DNA from: Eledone cirrhosa
Lineage: Eukaryota
NCBI GenBank assembly: GCA_964016885.1
Contig: OZ024741.1
Location: 157,108,001 to 157,172,000, forward strand
Reading direction: 5' to 3'
DNA: 64,000 nucleotides
In this document: piece by piece, positions 55,466-64,000 of the stretch
How positions within the stretch are numbered: the stretch's first letter is position 1
Layout: the number at the start of each line of letters is the position of its first letter
Translations under genes and position numbers: made by a program
Notes under the pieces: generated by a model
Told to the model about the DNA's origin: nothing
Databases searched by the model: none
Seen by the model: only the letters and a program-made list of their open reading frames with translations

Positions 55466-56287
55466 AGAAAAATGTGTGGGGGGGCGTGATTTCGGGGGCC
55501 AAAGGGGGCGTTTGGCCGAAATGGGTTGAGAACCTGTGGTGTAGGGGATGCACTCAATAGAGAGGGAGGTTGTGGGAAAGAGATAAGCACAGGCGGAGGG
55601 AGTGTATTGAGGGGTATGGGTTGGTAGTGGAGAATGATCAAGGTGTAGAAATAGAGTAGCTACTAGAGTACAATGGTGAGGATGTCTAAGTTCTTTAGAG
55701 GGGGGGTAGTTAAGGAGTGGTTCTGGAGGAGGCATGGATGGTGGATGCAGTAGTGGTGAAGATAGATGGTAGGGTGTGCTAGTGGGAGAGAGGGATAGCT
55801 GGTGTGTGGGGAGAGGGTATGTACTTGGTAGAGAGGGAGGGTTCATGGTGGAGAGATAGGTAAAGGGGTAGTAAGGAGATAAGGGATGGTTGTGGGGGTG
55901 AACTATAGGTAAAGAGAGTAGCTACTAGGGTACAATGGTGAAGATATCTAAGGTCTTTAGAGGTGTGTAGTAGTTAAGGAATTGGGTCATATTGTATGCT
56001 TCTGGCCAAGTCTTCATCATTGCATATTTTTTGTCCAACGCCAGAGAATGTTTTCACAAACCAACGTATCATCTTCCTGTTTTCCTTTGGTTGTAATGTT
56101 TTTTGAAATATTTTCTTCTGCGTCTACAGATTGATTTTTCTCAGTTTCAGAAGATCCCATAAAAGGGCGAAAGCAGCAATTCTTTGCTTAAACTTTAATC
56201 TGTACAAATATGAAATATTTGCTCTACAGATTTTATATATATAATCCTTATTGATCCCTCTTCAGATTTAGTCTTCATAATTATTAT

Positions 56288-57205
<918 letters not shown>

Positions 57206-57334
57206 GAAACTATATATGCATGTGTGTGTGCGTGTGTGGGTGTGTGTATGAAAAATTAACATGGGTGAACAACATAGTACAATTATTATATATATAGTTC
57301 TATTACTTACCACTAATAATATATATATATATAT

Positions 57335-57522
57335 AATTGTTTCTACTTTGGCACAAGGCCAGCAATTACCCAGTGCATTACTGGTACTTTATTTTATCGA
57401 CCCCGTAAGGATGAAAGGCAAAGTCAACCTCGGCGGGATTTGAACTCAGATCGTAAAGGGACGTAACTATGCTGGAAAGCATGGCGTCCGACCCTCTACC
57501 GATACTGCCAATCCACCACCCT
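57335..57522 (-). mobile_element. Full-length Nin/Deu-like SINE
   Basis: Reverse complement of the 23867-24057 and 15618-15799 family. Confidence 0.85.
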
Positions 57523-57682
57523 CATATATATATAATAAGGAGTTGACGGACCCACCATATTTATCAATGCCAGGACCGGTTGCATCTCAGCGTACTGCGA
57601 TAGATAATGTAGGGTACATTCCCAGAGTATACACATAGTTATTCGCTTCAATACAACACACGTATTTTTTTTTTTTTTTTTT

Positions 57683-58069
57683 TTTTTTCAATATACTAAT
57701 GATTTTGATATCAGTAGATTACTGGGCCAAATCAAGTTATCTTAGAATCTTTAAAAAAATCTTTAAAAAATACTTGTACGAATTAAATACAAAAAAGTTT
57801 CAGTCCAAATCAAAAGCAAACTATTTCAAATTATATATTTTTTGAAAAATAGACGAAAAAGCTTTTTTTTTTAATTCTATATTTCACTGTTAGCTGTTGC
57901 AATATTGTAAAGTGTAAAGTCAAAATACAAAAGATGCAAAATATGAAGAATTTCTTACCAAACTCAAGGGAAAAATAGTATCTTGCAAAATAAAGTGCCT
58001 CGCTCACAAACATAGTTGCAACGAATGAAATGAGATGCTTGGTGACAGTGAGCAAACAATATCTGTATC

Positions 58070-58140
<71 letters not shown>

Positions 58141-58271
58141 GATAGATACACGCACGCACACACTCACAAACTTGTGTGTGTGTGTGAGAGAGCCTTTTTG
58201 GGGGTACAGAAATAATTTTGTCTCCAGTTTTTATTGCCGGGTCAAAGGCCACTGCTCTTTCAACAACAACG

Positions 58272-58272
<1 letters not shown>
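57683..58272. repeat. Right arm of ~600-bp long inverted repeat
   Basis: Ends aacaacgc|tatata, mirroring tatatg|gcgttgtt at 54858. Confidence 0.92.
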
Positions 58273-58322
<50 letters not shown>

Positions 58323-58324
<2 letters not shown>

Positions 58325-58438
58325 TTTTAATATAGAAGAGCTTCTACAGGACTTGAACTGTTTCATTTGAACTGTTCCTGATGATTTCTCACGAATGAAA
58401 CAGTTCTAGTCCTGTAGAAGTTCTTCTATATTAAAACT
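58323..58438. repeat. Fold-back element (~45-bp arms) with CTGATGA...GAAA core
   Basis: agttttaatatagaagagcttctacaggacttgaactgtttcatt / aatgaaacagttctagtcctgtagaagttcttctatattaaaact. Confidence 0.85.
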
Positions 58439-58514
58439 GTTATATTCTGCTATGTATATATAAATGAAGAGAGGGAGAGACAGAGAGAGTAAGAAATGTG
58501 TGTGTGTGTGTGTG

Positions 58515-59036
58515 TTTGGTACACGTCTCCCGAGACCTATGGATAACTTCCAGAGGTCCCTGGCCTGGCAGTGCTACCGAGGGTCTCTGCCCGTTCGAGA
58601 AAGGCTCTACAGACACGGGCGCCCGGGTAGGGACCCCTCGAAAAAGATCTGTCCCAGATGCGTGTGCGACGAGGAAAGCGTTGCACACGCATTGGTACAC
58701 TGCTCGGGCATTGCCGATCTGTGGGGCTATGTCGAACAACTGCTGTCACGGGTGAGACCGATCCGGTTGACCACGAGTCTTTTGTAACGATCAAGCTGCC
58801 TCCCATCTTCAAAAACGAAGGAGAGGCGGTGTTTCTGTGCGTAATAGCCATGGTGAAAGAGGTTGTATGGTGGACGCGTCTGAAAGGACTGAGGTCAGAC
58901 ATCTTTCTCTCTGGCCAACAACTGGTCCGGTTCTTCCGATATCATTTCGGAAGAAGGATCAGGATGGAGAGAGAGGTGCTGCACCCTAGTCGTTTTTATG
59001 AAAGATGGGTGAAAGTGGCGAGAATGGCCCGTGTAT
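58515..59036 (+). mobile_element. Tx1-like ORF2 3' fragment
   Basis: PMDNFQRSLAWQCYRGSLPVRERL, CPRCVCDEESVAHALVHC and KEVVWWTR; colinear with 45090-45600. Confidence 0.88.
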
Positions 59037-62000
59037 ACCAATTTGTAGAGGGACTGCCAGGTCAAATTTCAATCTGGTCAGTCTCTCAAAATATTCTATG
59101 CCTTTATGCGAAATAGTACATAAAAAGTTTTTTTGGGGGAAAAGCTAACATTTTTTTTTAAATGGCTGAAGCTTCTTCACCAACATTCGAAGGAGGAAAG
59201 GGGAAGATATGCTTACAGCTTCCTCTGCCACTGTCATAGTTGCAGATGTCAAAGACAAAGGTCAGCCAGAGGAAGGATTTTCTCCACCTGCTGACCGACA
59301 ACTTGACGCTGCCATGGCAAGAAACAAAAACAACACAACCAGCGGCATCAGCAACAATAACAACAACAACAATGCTATGAACGAAAACACAACTTCACAA
59401 ATGAATTCCGCAACCACAGATCAAGCAATTGAGAACTACAACAACAACAACAACGACAACAATGACAACAACAACAGCAACAATGATGACAACAACACCA
59501 ACAGCAGCAACAATAATGACAACAACACCAACAAGAACAACTCCATAAACAAGGAAAAAAGGTTTCGTTTGCACAAACTGTCCAAAAGACTGACATCTCT
59601 AATGCCGGAGAATTTCTAAGAGATGCCAAGCAATATATAACTTTTGAGGAGAATGGCGCTTTAGCATCACTTCTCCCCAAGAATTGCGTAGAGACACTGT
59701 CCTGAAAACCATAGTTTTTAGGACAATCTCAAATACTACCAGAAAACCAGCTCAATTAACTCAAAACGAAATTGAACTGGTTCTAAGAAACTCCATGAAG
59801 GACATTACCTTCATACAGAAGGGAAAACTCCTCGGTGGTTTATCAATAATAATGAAAGACCAATTGACGACACAGAAATATTCTGTGTCGCCAATTGTGT
59901 CCCCCCTCTACACCTTTTTCCCCACATATATGGGAAAAGGGACCCCAAAAATAAAAGTAACAACTATCACACCAAATGTAAACATCTGGTGGATATTATA
60001 TGGTTTCATCAATTTTGATGAAGATACAGTAATTTCGGTGGGAAAGTCCTCCAGGGGCATATTCAACGGTACAAGTTTAGAAGTTCTGGTCCAAATGAGA
60101 CCAGAACGGATAGCTAGAATACCACAACGTGTGCCTCTGGATGGAAATTCCTACATAAACATTTCTGTTGAGGGTAGACGGCCTTCATGTTTAAGCAGTG
60201 GTCACCTGAGGGATTCCTGTCCTCAATAACTGCATTAAAAAAAGCACTACTGCCGACACCGAACACAACAACACAACCACCACCACCACAACAACAACAA
60301 CAACACACAAAAACAAACCAAACTGCAAACACAGTCCCACCCAACCCCTCCCCACCTAAAACAACTCCAAAAACACCCACAAGCACAACAGCTCCCCAAA
60401 ACATACCCCTCCCCAATCAAACAGACACCACAACGGACGAAGCCCCCTCGTCATCACTCCGAAAAAAAGGCATAACATGAACAAAAAGGCAACAAACACA
60501 CAACCACCAACACAAACAACACAAACATTACAAACAAAAATCCCCCCTCCCGAAAACAAAACAATGACAACACTCCAAACAAATACCTACAACGAAACGA
60601 AAACACACACAAGAACAACAGACAAAAACTAACACAACACAACAAAATTATTATACATACATAAACACTGACAATAAAACCTTGTTGGAAGTCATCCCCA
60701 AAAACCCTTCCGTGGAAACCGAAGGAAAATATTTTACCAAATGTAAAGACAAACCTAATTTAAGGATGATTAAGGTCCATACAGACCTTAAAGGAAGAAT
60801 TTGCTGAGGACGTGGGAAATATGTGTGTTAAACCAACGAACCGCGTCCTCTTGAAACGTTTCCCCACCCCCACCCTACCAGACACCCCTCCCCACCAAAC
60901 ATCTCCGTCACTAGCCCGCCAGGAACCACCACCCTACCAAACAACCCCTCGAACACCCCCATTGACATTGTGCAGCTTGGTCCCCAGGAGACGAAGAAGT
61001 GAGTGATTTCTTTTCCTCTTCTTTTAACTTTTCAGCACCAACTTGGCCAATATAAGAGTTGGATGTGTGAATGCACGCGGCCTGGGGATGCCCCGGAAAC
61101 AGGGCAAACTCTTAAACGACCTCAGGTCGCACAGTATGGATGTAATAGCCATTTGCGAGTCCAGGATCCACAGCGAGTGACAGCTGGTCCCCATCTTCGA
61201 TGACTTTGAGATCTACGCATCTCTCTGTCAACTGGGGGGTGGGGGAGGAGTTGCCGTTTTGCTGCGGAAACACCTGGGCCTCGTAACTCAGACGGTACAT
61301 CTGGACCCGGAGGGTCGACAGGTGGTCCTAGACGTTGACGGTAGTGAAAGTGGAGCCTTCAGGCTGGTGGCCGCATATGCCCCATCCGGGACACCGCAGC
61401 CAGACTTCTTCAAACGTCTAGAGACTTTTCTGGGAACGTCCCGCTCTTTGCTGTTAGTGGGGGACTGGAATGGAATCCTAGATGCACGTTGGGACTATGT
61501 GGGAGCATGTCCCGATAGAGTTAATCGGCCGATTTGACCTGGCCGATAGATATCGACTAGATTTTCCGACTGTGCCACTGTGGACGTGGACTAATCGTAG
61601 CGGAACATCTAGATCGTACCTAGATATGGTTCTAGTTAGAAAGAAGGATAGGGACATGTTAAGCTGTCCACAAATGTTCATGGTTGCCTATTCAGATCAC
61701 AAATTAGGGATCTGCTTAGTCAACCTTGACAAAACCCATAGACAGGGACCCGGCTATTGGAAGCTGAACTTGTCGTTACCGACATGCAAAGCCTACAGTA
61801 GACGGATTAGCACTTTAGTTAAACAGCACTTGACGGAGGTGGTACTCTCTCAAGAGAGCAGTTAGATTAGACTCGATAGGTTTTAGTAAAGAATTAGTGT
61901 TAGATAGAAATAAGACCGAAAAGGAACTGGTAGATAAAGTAGAAGAGGCACTTAGGAGTGGCAACGTAGCCAGCGTGCTAGCGACGAGAACGGCCTTGGA

Positions 62001-64000
62001 CCAGTTCTTCGACGCAAAGCATGAGGGCTGCGTTGTCAGAAGCAAAATACGTGCTCTGGGAAACGAGGAAGCCAGAGCTGTTAGCTGGGCCCGAGTGACG
62101 GAGGTGAAAAGTGGCAACAAGTCCACGATTCGGTCTTTGAAGGACCAAGATGGCTCGTGATACGTGAGCCGAAGCAAATGTGCGCGGCCTTTCAGCGGCA
62201 CTTTGCTCAACTGTTCGGGCAGGGTGGCGTGCCGGGAGGGGCTATGGATTTCGGTCCATACCTCGACGGCCAACCGCGACTCTCAGACAGCGATGCGAAG
62301 TTCTGCGAAAGGCTGATTTCGGCCGCTGAGATAGGGGACGCGCTGAGCCAATGCGGCAAACGCAAATCTCCAGGTCTCGACGGTCTACCCTACGAATTTT
62401 ACGTAGAAATGCCGGACTTGTTCTCCTGTCTCCTGGAAGAGGTCTACTGCAACTGGCAGCAGAACGGGAGAATTCCCTGTTCTGTGACCAAGGGCGTAGT
62501 CACGTTAGTCAGGAAGGACGTGAATAAGGGGGATGACATAGGCAACTTCTGGCCCATAACTCTGCTAAACACAGAGTTACAGATTTTGGTCAAGGTGTTG
62601 GCAAAGAGGCTGGAGCTTGTCGTCGAAAACCTGGTGGGAGAAGCGCAGACATGCGCAATCCCGACCAGGTCCATACACGACAACCTCCACCTCATGCGAT
62701 ACATCATAGAGAGGGTAGGGTGTAAACCCGGCTTCGGTGGGGCCCTGATCAACTTGGATCAGTCTAAGGCTTTTGATAGGGTTGATCATCGTTACCTGGA
62801 TGCGGTGCTCGAGGCGGCAGGCTTCGGACCCGTGTTCAGGGGCTGGATTGCTGCAATGCACAACAGCAACATCTGCTCAAGGGTCAAGGTGAACGGTTAC
62901 CTCTCGGAGCCGTTCCATATCACGCGATCCATCCGACAGGGATGCCCTCTCTCCTCCTTTCTGTACGTACTGACTCTCAAGCCACTACTACGGAAGTTGG
63001 AGCTATTGCAGGGCATCCCTTTGGAACCGGGACTGCGAAAAGCGGCATCAGCCTACGCCGACGACGTGACAGTAATGGTGTCGAGCACCTCGCAAATCGG
63101 GGAGGTCGGCACCTTACTGGAGGAATACGAAAGGTTCACAGGAGCGAAGCTGAACCGGGACAAATCCGTCGGTTTGCAACTCGGAACGTGGAGAGGCAAA
63201 TCGATGCCTTCCGATGTCGTCGTCGGACGCTGGACGGAAGGACCGGTAAAGCTGCTCGGGGTCTGGTTCAGTCCGGACCTCCAGATGGAGAAGAACTGGA
63301 ATGAGGTGACGGCCAAGGTGTTTGCGCTCACCCAGAAGTGGGCCGAGTGCAAACTATCCTTGAAAGGTTGAACGGAGGTGGCGAACACTTTTATAGCGTC
63401 CGTCATCTACTACCGCTTGACCGTCGTGCCTTGTCCAGCCAAAACGCTCACCAAAATGGAGCGCGCGCTCTTCCAATTCCTTTGGAAGAAACAGGCTCCT
63501 TTTGTGAGAAGATCCATCTGCTGCCAACACCCCTCAAACGGAGGGCTGGGGATGCCGTGGCTGATGATGCGCAAACATGCGCTGAGGCTGCGGCATCTCC
63601 AGGTATTCCTCACCGACCCCCAACCGGTGTGTGCACCGTTTGTGAGACAGGCTTTCCCACAGCTCGTCTCGCTGACGGAGCTGCAGTCCTGAGTCAAGAA
63701 AAGACCAAAAACGATGGGCGCCTGGCACATTGAATGCACTCAGGCGCTCACGTCCTTTGGCAAGCGGGCGCAACAATCAGTGGAGACTCCACTTCGACAT
63801 TCTATAGATGGATTGTACGTTACAAGGGCGACGACGTGCTCGGAGAGAGTCTGGGCGTCGAAGACGATGAGCTCACCAGTCTGTTTGGTAGGACTTTCCG
63901 CCCTGGACCTATGGACAACTTCCAAAGGTCCCTGGCCTTGTCAGTGCTACCGAGGAGCTATACCGGTTCGTGACAAGATCTACAGGCACGGACGCCCCGG
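59037..64000 (+). mobile_element. Tx1/L1-clade LINE copy 3 (near full-length, disrupted, runs off the window)
   Basis: ORF1 pieces from ~59162 (Asn-rich, VEGRRPS, damaged knuckle); EN pieces 61043-61865; RT 62157-63371; closely similar to copy 1 in opposite orientation. Confidence 0.92.
62157..63371 (+). pseudogene. Reverse transcriptase domain of Tx1-like ORF2
   Basis: KSPGLDG, PITLLN, LDQSKAFDRVDH, IRQGCPLS, AYADDVT and KLLGVWF; ends at an in-frame TGA. Confidence 0.92.

Noticed and set aside
55403-55985. Pro-rich 147-aa minus ORF and a duplicated ~65-bp purine-rich segment (55652/55914)
   Set aside because: Low-complexity composition explains the ORF; no family could be assigned.

Overview
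AT-rich, microsatellite-dense animal genomic DNA made almost entirely of transposable elements and simple repeats. The SINE families and RTE tails resemble those I recall from octopus genomes; this is an inference and no search was run. No intact host protein-coding gene, rRNA, tRNA gene or CRISPR array is supported. The window contains decayed non-LTR retrotransposons of five clades: two RTE families (one (GAA)n-tailed, one (GAT)n-tailed with a PHD-type finger), CR1, CRE-like, R4/Dong-like and Tx1/L1-like (three long copies plus a 3' fragment). It also holds a Penelope-like element with a GIY-YIG endonuclease and an inverted terminal repeat, Helitron derivatives, several tRNA-derived SINE families, TTAA and hAT-like MITEs, a probable solo LTR and long low-complexity arrays. 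The most interesting signals are: (1) several minimal type I hammerhead ribozyme motifs and small fold-back elements in (TA)n tracts; (2) apparent microsatellite targeting, with Dong-like at (CATA)n and Tx1-like at (GATA)n; (3) two inverted Tx1 copies sharing one in-frame TGA, a Tx1 chimera joined just after YADD, and a conserved 13-nt ORF1/ORF2 overlap; (4) head-to-head microhomology fusions between different retroelements; (5) a ~400-bp near-perfect palindrome and a 3.4-kb unit bounded by ~600-bp inverted repeats. Coordinates were read by eye, so element ends may be off by a few to tens of bases.
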